Below are positions 1 through 8,904 of a stretch of DNA of 64,000 bases, piece by piece. The first letter of the stretch is position 1; each line of letters opens with the position of its first letter. A model generated the notes under the pieces. It did not search any database, was not told the DNA's origin, and saw only the letters and a program-made list of their open reading frames with translations. The stretch is from contig JAAZXA010000064.1 in NCBI GenBank assembly GCA_014240385.1, forward strand, positions 28,632 through 92,631, written 5' to 3'. Both the position numbers and the translations under genes were made by a program. Source of the stretch: Methanobacteriota archaeon. GTDB lineage: Archaea > Thermoplasmatota > Poseidoniia > Poseidoniales > Poseidoniaceae.

Positions 1-352
1 CGGGTGTGGTTTGGGCGTTATCGGGTTCGTCATCATCGCCCTCACCATTATCAAGTGGGTTGAGATCATTGGCTATTTCCCAACCATCGTTCAAACCATC
101 ACCATCGGTATCCCGTTTGGTTGGGTCGGTTCCATAAGTTGACAATTCCATGCTGTCTGCGAGTCCATCTCCATCGTTATCTTCGTATTTTGAGGTAGCA
201 CCTTCATCAGGGTTAAGTGAGTCTCCAGCATCCTCAAATCCGCCGATGTCAGAATCGGTTTGCATATAGCCACTTGCACCTACGAAAATTGCGCCAAACA
301 TCATTGTTGAGAGAATAGCAGCATATGCCATTTGATTGTGTGATACCGACAT
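1..352 (-). CDS. Secreted or membrane-anchored protein with thrombospondin type-3-like Ca-binding repeats. Only the N-terminal part is present; the gene runs off the left edge.
   Basis: Absent from the ORF track because it is truncated by the window edge. My minus-strand translation from the ATG at 352 (alternative in-frame ATG at 370) reads MSVSHNQMAYAAILSTMMFGAIFVGASGYMQTDSD...KYEDNDGDGLADSMELSTYGTDPTKRDTDGDGLNDGWEIANDLNPLDNGEGDDDEP. It has a hydrophobic signal/anchor followed by DxDxDGxxD motifs. An SD-like GGGGGA lies about 8 nt upstream of 352. Confidence 0.6.
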   Translation of the reverse strand, partial: MSVSHNQMAYAAILSTMMFGAIFVGASGYMQTDSDIGGFEDAGDSLNPDEGATSKYEDNDGDGLADSMELSTYGTDPTKRDTDGDGLNDGWEIANDLNPLDNGEGDDDEPDNAQTTP

Positions 353-483
353 ATTTTGTCCCCCTTTCATGACATGGTCATGAGCAGTGCTTTCGGCGAG
401 CCCTGTTTCATCAATAAACCCTATGGGTGGTTGGACACTTAGTAATGCTCCGCAGCGCCCTTTTTATGCGATGGAATAGACTT

Positions 484-1563
484 TCATGCCAAGATATGTC
501 GGCCACAGATAATGAAGACATGATTATTGCTTTCGTTCACCCACTCACCTCTACAATCTCGGCCATATGCGCGCTGCCAAAACCCCATCAACATTCCAAG
601 TACAAAAGCAGGATGATAGACCTGCTCAAAGGTTAATTTTACACCACCATGTTGGTCAAATTCATTCACCTCTATTAGTTCACCCATCCCTGTAGGTGTT
701 AGTCTAAAACTGACAATTTCTTTCCAGCGTTCAACCTCATCAATCAAAACATGGTCGTCTCCTTTCAGATAGGTGTGCATTTGGCCGCGTGCAAATATGT
801 TCCAAACTAATTCTCTTGAGGAATCATCAAGTCCATTAAAAATAACTAATCCATCATCAAATGTTCTCTCGATATGCGGGAGAATTTCATCTTCAAACCT
901 AAGTATTAGTTCTCTCCCAAGTAAAAATGACCGATTCCCTCTGAATTCCCAACCATTGGGGTGGCTGTCTACATCAACAAATTTCCCAGAACTGTGTAAG
1001 TTATTTTCCTTCCAAATAGGCATAACTTTCCTTGGAGGTTGAGCCTCTCTAGGGTCATCATCAAGAATAATATTAGTTTTGGATGCATCAACTTGTTCCC
1101 AGCGAAAACGATAACGTTTGGATGTTAAGAATTCCCACGCTCCTGCAGCCTGACCTCCCGCCATCGCAGATTGGACTTGTTCACTTACCTGAAGATTTCC
1201 CTCATCAATTTCTTTTAGGCTCCCTATACCTCGTTCTTGCCAATCTTCAAGAAGCCAATTTATACGTTTTTTCTTACTGAAAAAACCCCTTGGTGGAGAT
1301 ACTTTCCGGTTCATTAAGTGAAGAGTTTCGTGGTCTGCAGCAGCATGCGCTAAACGGCGCCCTAAGGGTTTGTGAGAAAGTTCTTCGATTAGATTGAACC
1401 AATCAAGAAATCCATCGACGGATTGAATCAGATGAATTGAGCCGGTTTGAGATATTTCATTGTATAATCCTGATTGTAAAGAAAAACGCATTGACAATCG
1501 TTGACTCATCTCAGAATCATGGATTGAATCTGGGACATCAATGATTGGCATGTTATGGGCCAT
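484..1563 (-). CDS. Hypothetical cytoplasmic protein, 359 aa
   Basis: Long uninterrupted ORF with an ATG start. No signal peptide or TM segment. No family recognised. Contains one HExxH string (DHETLH). Confidence 0.55.
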   Translation of the reverse strand: MAHNMPIIDVPDSIHDSEMSQRLSMRFSLQSGLYNEISQTGSIHLIQSVDGFLDWFNLIEELSHKPLGRRLAHAAADHETLHLMNRKVSPPRGFFSKKKRINWLLEDWQERGIGSLKEIDEGNLQVSEQVQSAMAGGQAAGAWEFLTSKRYRFRWEQVDASKTNIILDDDPREAQPPRKVMPIWKENNLHSSGKFVDVDSHPNGWEFRGNRSFLLGRELILRFEDEILPHIERTFDDGLVIFNGLDDSSRELVWNIFARGQMHTYLKGDDHVLIDEVERWKEIVSFRLTPTGMGELIEVNEFDQHGGVKLTFEQVYHPAFVLGMLMGFWQRAYGRDCRGEWVNESNNHVFIICGRHILA

Positions 1564-1591
1564 CTTGTTTTAGTCCTTGACACCTTTGACA

Positions 1592-2995
1592 ATGAGTGCA
1601 CTCGACCATCATACTCATACACCGACTGAAGAAGCAGTGTGTATGGGTGATGAGCCATTCCCAGAACCACCAGCCTTTCCGCCATCTAATGCCAAGCCTT
1701 CTGCCTCATTACATTGGCTACAAAACCAAGTGAGGCAACATCACCGTAGATTTGAGAAAAGCATTCCACTGATTGCTAGTGAGAATCTAGTCAGTCCAAG
1801 AGCAGCAGAAATGTTCTGTAGCGACCTTCACAACCGTTACGCAGAAGGCCTCCCTGGCTCAAGGTACTATGAGGGTAATGCGGATTATGATCCGATTGAA
1901 ACCCATGTTGAGGATTTGGCAAAGAGATTATTCAAGTCTCCTTTTGCAGATGTCCGGCCAGTTTCTGGTACTTCGGCTAATATTTCAGCATTATTCGCAA
2001 TTTCAAAACCAGGGGATGTTTTTATGGCCCCAGAATTAGCCGCAGGTGCGCATATATCTACTCAAAGATTCGGAGCTGCTGGTTTACGAGGCCTTCAGAC
2101 AATGACATATCCATCAATTTCCGAGACCATGTCAATTGATACACAATTGGCGGTAGAAATGATAGGTAGGGAGAAACCAAACGTATGTTATGTTGGACAA
2201 TCAGTATTTTTATTCCCCGTTGAACTGGATCCAATAATTGAAGCTGCCAGAGAGGTGAATGCAACAATCATGTATGATGCAGCTCATGTTCTAGGGTTAA
2301 TCGCAGGTGGCTGTTTTCAAGACCCAATTGGAGATGGTGTAGACATACTATGCGCTTCTACTCACAAGACCTTCGCTGGACCTCAGCATGGAATCATTTT
2401 GGCAAATGAAGATCGGGAATTGAACAATGGGAAACGCTTACACAGGGCCATTAGAAGTTCTGTGTTTCCTGGAGTTCATTCGAACCACCACCTTCACAAT
2501 GTTGCTGCATTGGGTGTATCACTTGCAGAAGCCCAAGAATTCCAAGTCGACTATGCCAAACAGATGATATCCAATGCCAAGGCGCTTGGGGAATCACTAT
2601 GGGAACGGGGATTGAAAGTCTTTGCATCTGACCAAGGTTTTACTGAAAGTCATACGCTTCTGGTTGATGTATCTGAATTTGGAGGGGGTGCAGAAGTCAG
2701 TTTGCGAGCAGAGGCTTGTGGTTTAGTCATGAACAAGAATATGCTTCCTGGTGACACCTCTGCAATCAACCCGTCAGGTATTAGAATTGGCAGTCCTGAA
2801 ATGACACGCTTAGGAATGAAAGAGTCAGAGATGGATGAAGTTGCAGAAATGATTCACATGTCTGCTGAGGGTAGGGATGATAGTGAAGTTCGCCAAAGAG
2901 CACGCTTATTAAAAGAACAATTTAATCAAATTCAGTATTGCTGGCCTACTGATTCCTCTCCCTATGATGCTCCAACCTTCAGCCCTTTTAACTGA
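1592..2995 (+). CDS. glyA: Serine hydroxymethyltransferase
   Basis: Motifs IPLIASENLVSP, YAEGLPGSRYYEGN and the PLP-lysine motif STHKTFAGPQHG. The ORF-track start at 1577 is TTG; the first ATG is at 1592 and another at 1643. The N-terminus is longer than usual. Confidence 0.9.
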   Translation: MSALDHHTHTPTEEAVCMGDEPFPEPPAFPPSNAKPSASLHWLQNQVRQHHRRFEKSIPLIASENLVSPRAAEMFCSDLHNRYAEGLPGSRYYEGNADYDPIETHVEDLAKRLFKSPFADVRPVSGTSANISALFAISKPGDVFMAPELAAGAHISTQRFGAAGLRGLQTMTYPSISETMSIDTQLAVEMIGREKPNVCYVGQSVFLFPVELDPIIEAAREVNATIMYDAAHVLGLIAGGCFQDPIGDGVDILCASTHKTFAGPQHGIILANEDRELNNGKRLHRAIRSSVFPGVHSNHHLHNVAALGVSLAEAQEFQVDYAKQMISNAKALGESLWERGLKVFASDQGFTESHTLLVDVSEFGGGAEVSLRAEACGLVMNKNMLPGDTSAINPSGIRIGSPEMTRLGMKESEMDEVAEMIHMSAEGRDDSEVRQRARLLKEQFNQIQYCWPTDSSPYDAPTFSPFN

Positions 2996-5900
2996 AATCA
3001 AAACCATCATTGCTGCCTTCTCGCTTCCTCTGTGTGGGCCGTCTTGTCGCTGCACGTTCAGATCGTCTTGTGTTCTGAGGAACCCCCCTATCTTTCATAT
3101 TTCTACCAGAAACTGCTCTTCTGGATGATGCTTTTCCTAGATTACTTGAACCTTTCATTCCACCTTTTTTCATGGTAATATGTTGTGCCCTGCCTCGGTA
3201 TGCAGGGGGCCCAATTATTTCTTCGAGCACTGGCAAGTCTCTTCCTCGCTCTCGTTCGTGCTTCAACCACCATCCCTTGCCTAAGCGTTGAGTTCTAGGT
3301 TTGGTACCCTTGCGCATTTTCTTTGCGGCTCGAGAAATTCTGCTTCTTACCAATTTATCTTTCTCAACCTCAAACCGCAAGAACATCCATGCGGGGTAGC
3401 CAATATCGAATACATTTCCATTTACCGTTAACAATAGACCATTGAGCAAAAGGTGATTCGCTATAGGGACATTATCTGATTCTAGTTTAACGCCTTTCCT
3501 CTTTAGGCGGCGGGCATAACTAATCATTCCTCTTTGGTCCCGGAATTTAATATCTTTTCTAGCATTACTCGAGAATCTTAGTGAAAAGAGATGGAGGCTA
3601 ATTACGCTTATTCCAAGGGCCATTCCGGCAGTAGTGCCTACTTTCTCAGCAGCAAATATTCCAAGCATTATCCATGTAGGCATCATCACCAACCAAGTGA
3701 AGGACACCCATAGTTTACTTGCTCTATACCTAGGTGTGGCTTTATTTTTTACTGCTTCTCCAGCCGCAATGAAGACATTAGCGTTGACAGCTTCGTCAAC
3801 CCCTCCTTTGACTAATAAGGCAGCAGTAGGGTTGCAAGGTGCAGCATCAATCCATCTCCTTCCCTCCGCACTATCTCCTTCTATTAATCGGACTTCCATC
3901 TCGTCAATATCCTTGTTTTGCATACCCATTGCTAATGCTAAACCTTGTACACGCGGATCAAGTGTATCACTCTCAAGTAATTCTGTAGTAATGTCTCGGG
4001 CTCCGTGCCAATCTCCAATATCGAGGAGGCAAAGGGCTGCTGCAATTCTTGCTCGGGCTGACAATGGGTCGCGCTTAATTAATTCAACAGCAATATCAAC
4101 TGCCTGTTCTGAACGGTTTTGTGCTCTTAGAACAGCAATAGTTCCAAGGTCCCCTACAGAAGTTAGGCGGTCACTATGAGCACTCATCTCATCTTCGTCT
4201 GCTTCCCAAGTTCTAAAGCGCTGATTGAGGAATTTTACGTGGTCCATGGTTGGATTATTTTCCCAATCCCAAACATCGTCTTCTGAAACATTGCCATTCC
4301 ACGGGTCCAGCCACTCAATCATGAAACTGATTAACTCTGGCTCATCATAGCCATCTGCTTGTTCAAGACCATGCAATGCTTCACGGGCAGCATCTAATCT
4401 TCTGCATGCAATATGGCCTACCGCCATTAGCATTCTCGCTTCATCATCGTCGCCGCCCTGAATAGCCAACACCTTTCTTGCTTCTTCCAAAGCCAATGGC
4501 CACAAGCCGCGCAATGCCTTTTCAAGCATCGAGGCACGAAGTTTTTCTAACCTAACTATGGATTCATCAACTCCTTGAAATGTATCTCTCTGGAACCTCC
4601 TCAAGGCATCGACATCATCTCGTCCGGCAGCCTTGTCTACATATTCAGTCAGGTTGCTTCCACCACCGGTCATGATGGCACCTTCACGCCGTTGTTCAGG
4701 ATTGAGGTCGAATTTTAGTCTCTTCAATGAACCAAACCTCACGATAGATAATATCCAAGTTAACAAAAATATTGCTTGACCGACTGCTATGAACAGCCAA
4801 GTTCCAGTAAGAATTACTTCTTCACCGAATCCTTTGTTATTCATCCAGCCGGTGAAGGGCATGAAATGACTGAATTCTTTGTAACAAATCATTATCAACA
4901 ACAATACGGTATAACCGCTAAAACCAGCGAATGCAAAGTAAAGAATCTTGGATTGTGATGTCTCTTCAGATCTTATTTCACGCGGTGATGCTAGTAATAC
5001 TCCACCAATCCCACCAAATGCTTGCCCTCCAAGGAAAAGGTTACCAGTCAATTCAAAGATGAAAGCAAGGCCAACAATGGCAACATTAAGTGAGAGGTAA
5101 ATCGCCAAGAATCCAGCCATATCTTTGACATCTACCCACTGACGGAGTACTTCTTGCACAGCGCCATCTTGAATCGCCCATGTATAGAGTGAGTGCCCAA
5201 TAATCCCTCCGTAGTTTAGGATATCCTCAGCATTCGCAGGCTCATCAAGCATCACATATAGTACGGTAATTATTCCGTTTAATGCAGCAATTGGCATAGT
5301 TAGAAGGAAGAAAAGAAGGAGAATGGAACTAACCTGCTTGCCAAAGGTTGGTGGATCTGGGTCAATAGGAGTCTCTTTCTTCAATATGGTTCGCATTTTA
5401 GAAAGCATCAACATATTCCATGAAGCACCCATTATTCGCCCATAAGCCAATATTGTTGGTCCCATGAAAACCAACAGTGCATAAACAAACCAAATGGGGG
5501 TAATAATTCCATGCAATTGTATGCTATACCAAAATACCGCGCCTGTTGCTGCAAGAAGAATTGAAAGTGTGGACAGCCTTTTCAAAAGCGCTTGTAATGG
5601 CTTTTTTTTCTTTGTATCGCTACTTCCTAATTGTTGCAATTGTGCATTCATTGTAATTAGAGGCGAAACAAGCACTGGGATAAGAATCAATACAAACATG
5701 ATCCACACATTTAGTTCCAAGTAAAGTATTGGATTGAAAACAAGTTCCGCAATAAGAAGCAACACCCCTGAAATAGCCATCATATATGCTAAAATTCCAA
5801 TTCCAACAGTTGGAAGTTTCAATAAATCCCTTGCATCTTCTCGGCTACTCGTTAGCCTATGCACCTCCATCAGTCCATCGTCGATTTCAAAGGCAACTTG

Positions 5901-6149
5901 GAGAGATGAAAGGGCACTTGGGACCATATACCTCCATACGAAAAATGCCAAAAGAAGCATCAAAATAAGGGGATAAAAATGTTCAAATTTAAGAGCGCCT
6001 TGGGCGACAACCTCAGCCCCCTCATCTTCTTCTTCAACCACATCTTGTGCACTTACTAAGGGTAAAGAAAGAAGCAAAGAAAGGACTAAGAAAAGGGGGA
6101 AAATCAGTTTCCTAATTTGTGCGAAACCAGCGGCTTCGTTTACGCCCAT
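2988..6149 (-). CDS. Large polytopic membrane protein with a central TPR-like helical region and a basic C-terminal tail (1053 aa)
   Basis: N-terminal signal-like segment (IFPLFLVLSLLLSLPLVSA) and more than 10 hydrophobic helices. A soluble alpha-helical repeat-like block spans roughly aa 480-830, followed by two more TM helices. The tail is Arg/Lys-rich (RRSERAATRRPTQRKREG). Confidence 0.6.
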   Translation of the reverse strand: MGVNEAAGFAQIRKLIFPLFLVLSLLLSLPLVSAQDVVEEEDEGAEVVAQGALKFEHFYPLILMLLLAFFVWRYMVPSALSSLQVAFEIDDGLMEVHRLTSSREDARDLLKLPTVGIGILAYMMAISGVLLLIAELVFNPILYLELNVWIMFVLILIPVLVSPLITMNAQLQQLGSSDTKKKKPLQALLKRLSTLSILLAATGAVFWYSIQLHGIITPIWFVYALLVFMGPTILAYGRIMGASWNMLMLSKMRTILKKETPIDPDPPTFGKQVSSILLLFFLLTMPIAALNGIITVLYVMLDEPANAEDILNYGGIIGHSLYTWAIQDGAVQEVLRQWVDVKDMAGFLAIYLSLNVAIVGLAFIFELTGNLFLGGQAFGGIGGVLLASPREIRSEETSQSKILYFAFAGFSGYTVLLLIMICYKEFSHFMPFTGWMNNKGFGEEVILTGTWLFIAVGQAIFLLTWILSIVRFGSLKRLKFDLNPEQRREGAIMTGGGSNLTEYVDKAAGRDDVDALRRFQRDTFQGVDESIVRLEKLRASMLEKALRGLWPLALEEARKVLAIQGGDDDEARMLMAVGHIACRRLDAAREALHGLEQADGYDEPELISFMIEWLDPWNGNVSEDDVWDWENNPTMDHVKFLNQRFRTWEADEDEMSAHSDRLTSVGDLGTIAVLRAQNRSEQAVDIAVELIKRDPLSARARIAAALCLLDIGDWHGARDITTELLESDTLDPRVQGLALAMGMQNKDIDEMEVRLIEGDSAEGRRWIDAAPCNPTAALLVKGGVDEAVNANVFIAAGEAVKNKATPRYRASKLWVSFTWLVMMPTWIMLGIFAAEKVGTTAGMALGISVISLHLFSLRFSSNARKDIKFRDQRGMISYARRLKRKGVKLESDNVPIANHLLLNGLLLTVNGNVFDIGYPAWMFLRFEVEKDKLVRSRISRAAKKMRKGTKPRTQRLGKGWWLKHERERGRDLPVLEEIIGPPAYRGRAQHITMKKGGMKGSSNLGKASSRRAVSGRNMKDRGVPQNTRRSERAATRRPTQRKREGSNDGFDFS

Positions 6150-6203
6150 ATACGGCCCAAGTCATGAGGGGTCATCAAAGTCATGGTTACATTGACTGAT
6201 TCC

Positions 6204-7415
6204 TTACTGCCTATGGCGTGTTAAGAATGAGTCGATTCTGTCAAATGCGATGTTAAGAGTATCAATGTTTGGAAGATAAACAATTCTGAAGTGGCCCTTG
6301 CCTAATTCACTTGAAAAACCACTTCCGTGTACGACAAGCACATGTTCTTCATGTAGTAAATCAAGAACAAATTTCTTATCGTCATTTACCCATTTTTCAT
6401 CTGTTAGTCTCACGAACATGTAAAATGCGCCACCTGGAGCTTGTACTTCTAAGCCTTCAATTTCAGAAATTCTCTGAAGGCATAATTCTCTTTGTTTCAT
6501 CACTTTGGCGGTGTGCATATCCATCCAACTTCGTTCTCCTTCTAGGCCCGCAAGGTATCCCATTTGCGCTGGAGTAGAGGCACAAAGGCGGCTGCGAAGT
6601 ATTCTTTCTATTCCATCCCTAACATCGTTCATTTTCGAGGTAGGGTCATGTATTGCCATATAGCCAATTCTCCATCCAGGCGCATAGTAGACTTTGCTGA
6701 CTCCATTCAACACCAAAACTGGTACCTCAAAACTTCTGCTTGCAATGCTGACTTGAGTGTCTGTGAAATCTAGCCCATCATAGATTTCATCTGCAATAAC
6801 CATGCAGTTTGGCCATTTTTTCGCAATATCAAGAAGTCTGTCGATTTCATCTGCTGAAGCAACATTTCCTGTTGGATTATTTGGATTGATCATGACAAGT
6901 AAGCGGACATTATCATCCATTTTCTTCTCGATATCATCAAAATCAACTTTCCAACCATCATCAGCATCAAGTCGATACTCAATTGTGGAAGCACCATACA
7001 TTTGTGGATAAGCCATGTAAGGAGGATAGTGCGGACCCGGTGCTAGAACTTTATTTCCACTTTCAAGAGTTGCTGCGAATATGATTTGCAGTGCCTCAGT
7101 AACGCCATGACATACATAGACATCTTCGGGATTACATGACCACCCTTTTGATATTTCATCTTCTGCGATTGCTGAGCGTAATGCTGGCAAACCATATGAT
7201 GGAGAATAGCCATTTTCCCCCCTGCCGAGGCTGGCTTGAAATGCCTCGACCATATGGCTAGGTGTTGGTAGGCCAGGATAGGCAATTGGGTCACCAATAT
7301 TGAGTTTTATTATCTCATGGCCTTCTGCTTCTAAAGCAGTTGCTGGGACAACAACATCACGAATTGCATATTCAATTTGAGATGCCCTCTTGGAAACTGG
7401 GATTTGTTTTACCAT
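6204..7415 (-). CDS. Class I/II PLP-dependent aminotransferase (alanine/aspartate aminotransferase type)
   Basis: Motifs NPNNPTGNV and SKVYYAPGWRIGY (PLP lysine). The likely start is the internal Met (MVKQIPVSKRA) at 7415, which gives a 7-nt overlap with the upstream EVE gene. The track ORF extends to 7445. Confidence 0.85.
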   Translation of the reverse strand: MVKQIPVSKRASQIEYAIRDVVVPATALEAEGHEIIKLNIGDPIAYPGLPTPSHMVEAFQASLGRGENGYSPSYGLPALRSAIAEDEISKGWSCNPEDVYVCHGVTEALQIIFAATLESGNKVLAPGPHYPPYMAYPQMYGASTIEYRLDADDGWKVDFDDIEKKMDDNVRLLVMINPNNPTGNVASADEIDRLLDIAKKWPNCMVIADEIYDGLDFTDTQVSIASRSFEVPVLVLNGVSKVYYAPGWRIGYMAIHDPTSKMNDVRDGIERILRSRLCASTPAQMGYLAGLEGERSWMDMHTAKVMKQRELCLQRISEIEGLEVQAPGGAFYMFVRLTDEKWVNDDKKFVLDLLHEEHVLVVHGSGFSSELGKGHFRIVYLPNIDTLNIAFDRIDSFLTRHRQ

Positions 7416-7885
7416 TTTAATTCCTCCAAACCACCAAGTTGGCAAACTCGTTGAAAGTGTTCAGGTGATACTGGCTGTACTGAAAGGCGTTGACCTTTGG
7501 CCAATAATGGCATTCCTTCTAGGACTGGGTCATCTTTCATTTGTGGTAAATCAACGATAGTTTCCATAGATTGAATTGCTTCGATATCCACCATCATCCA
7601 GCGGGGATTTTCAGGCGAGGATTTTTCGTCGAAGTAATGGGAATCAGGGTCCCATGAGGTATGGTCCGGATATCCTTCTTTGCAGACCTTCGCAACCCCT
7701 GCTATGTGGGGTGGTTTACAGTTTGAGTGATAAAATAATACTAGGTCATCTATTTTCATGAGGTCTCTCATAGTGTTTCTTGCTTGATAATTCCGGACCC
7801 CATCCCAGTGAGTAGTTTTGTCTTTTAGGAGTTGTTCCCAATGGTAGGCATTGGGCTCGGATTTCATGAGCCAGTGTTTGGTCAT
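7409..7885 (-). CDS. EVE (PUA-like) domain protein
   Basis: MTKHWLMKSEPNAYHWEQLL...WDGVRNYQARNTMRDLMKIDDLVLFYHS is the typical stand-alone EVE/thymocyte-nuclear-protein-1-like pattern. Confidence 0.8.
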   Translation of the reverse strand: MTKHWLMKSEPNAYHWEQLLKDKTTHWDGVRNYQARNTMRDLMKIDDLVLFYHSNCKPPHIAGVAKVCKEGYPDHTSWDPDSHYFDEKSSPENPRWMMVDIEAIQSMETIVDLPQMKDDPVLEGMPLLAKGQRLSVQPVSPEHFQRVCQLGGLEELKW

Positions 7886-7932
7886 GGTGAGTGGAGGGGT
7901 ATTGTGGGTATGAGGGTTTCAGTATTAGTGAT

Positions 7933-8880
7933 TCACCATACATCTTCAACATCATCCATCACAACAACCGCATCAATTGAACCATCGCGGGCTGCAACTT
8001 GTGAGCCAGTCAACCCCAATTTTCTCATCATCGCCTCGGCTCCACCAGTACTTCCCATACCCATTTTTTCGAGGGTGACGAAAATTGCAGGGAGTAGTAA
8101 TAATGCACTGGCTGCGGCAATCCACAATAGCACTATGACCACAGTTACGAATGGCTGAATCTCAGGAATTGGAATTTGGTAAGCGGCTACTAATCCTAAT
8201 GTAGTGACAGTTGCTGCTTCGAATAAGGACATACCAGTAGAAACTGTGGCGGTCCGAATCGCTTCAATTCCCCCTCCTAATTCGCGTATGCGGTTAGCTA
8301 TATGTATGGAGAAATCGACTCCAACACCGACCAAAATTGAGCCGATCATAACGGTAACTAGTGATAGTGAAACATCGAGATATGCCATCACCAACCATTG
8401 TAGTGCAACAGTCGCCACGACAGGCAACGTAGTCCATAAGGCGAATCGTAAATCTTTGAATACAATTCCAAGGGTAATCAAAGTCAAGATGACCGCGAAA
8501 GCAAGAGATGACCATTGAGAATCAACGATTAGGCTGTTGACTGCGATTGCAACTGCAGCAACACCAGTTAGTTCGCCACTTCGAACATTTCCTTCTGCAT
8601 AAGTCATCTTTGCATGTTGGTTGATGTCTATAACTGATGCCTCGGTGTCCTTAACTGGCAAAAATGGCATATCGATGTAAATTAGTGACTTACCATAGGT
8701 GGGTTCAGTGAATAGGTATCTTGTCTCATCGGTTAGACTATTGTAGAATACGTTGAGTAGGAAAATTTGCTGTCTTTGTTTGGAGTTCTCGGTGAGGGCA
8801 GGGTTCCTGTCAATATCCTCTAGTAGTCGCCAGAATGTTAGGTCGTCATCAACCTCATTACCAATAATCAATTCGCACAA
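7933..8880 (-). CDS. RND/MMPL (HAE3-like) exporter, C-terminal half. It is in frame with the ORF at 8905..10974.
   Basis: The end of a soluble loop is followed by a 5-6 TM bundle carrying VGVGVDFSIHIANRIRE. There is no ATG or SD; the track start is TTG at 8880. Confidence 0.7.
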   Translation of the reverse strand: MCELIIGNEVDDDLTFWRLLEDIDRNPALTENSKQRQQIFLLNVFYNSLTDETRYLFTEPTYGKSLIYIDMPFLPVKDTEASVIDINQHAKMTYAEGNVRSGELTGVAAVAIAVNSLIVDSQWSSLAFAVILTLITLGIVFKDLRFALWTTLPVVATVALQWLVMAYLDVSLSLVTVMIGSILVGVGVDFSIHIANRIRELGGGIEAIRTATVSTGMSLFEAATVTTLGLVAAYQIPIPEIQPFVTVVIVLLWIAAASALLLLPAIFVTLEKMGMGSTGGAEAMMRKLGLTGSQVAARDGSIDAVVVMDDVEDVW

Positions 8881-8904
8881 TTCGTCGATTCCATCAGGGA
8901 GTAA

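Noticed and set aside
3634-4179. 181-aa plus-strand ORF inside the large membrane-protein gene
   Set aside because: It is nested antisense within a 1053-aa ORF that has clear TM and TPR-like features. It has low-complexity Ser/Ala-rich composition and no start context.
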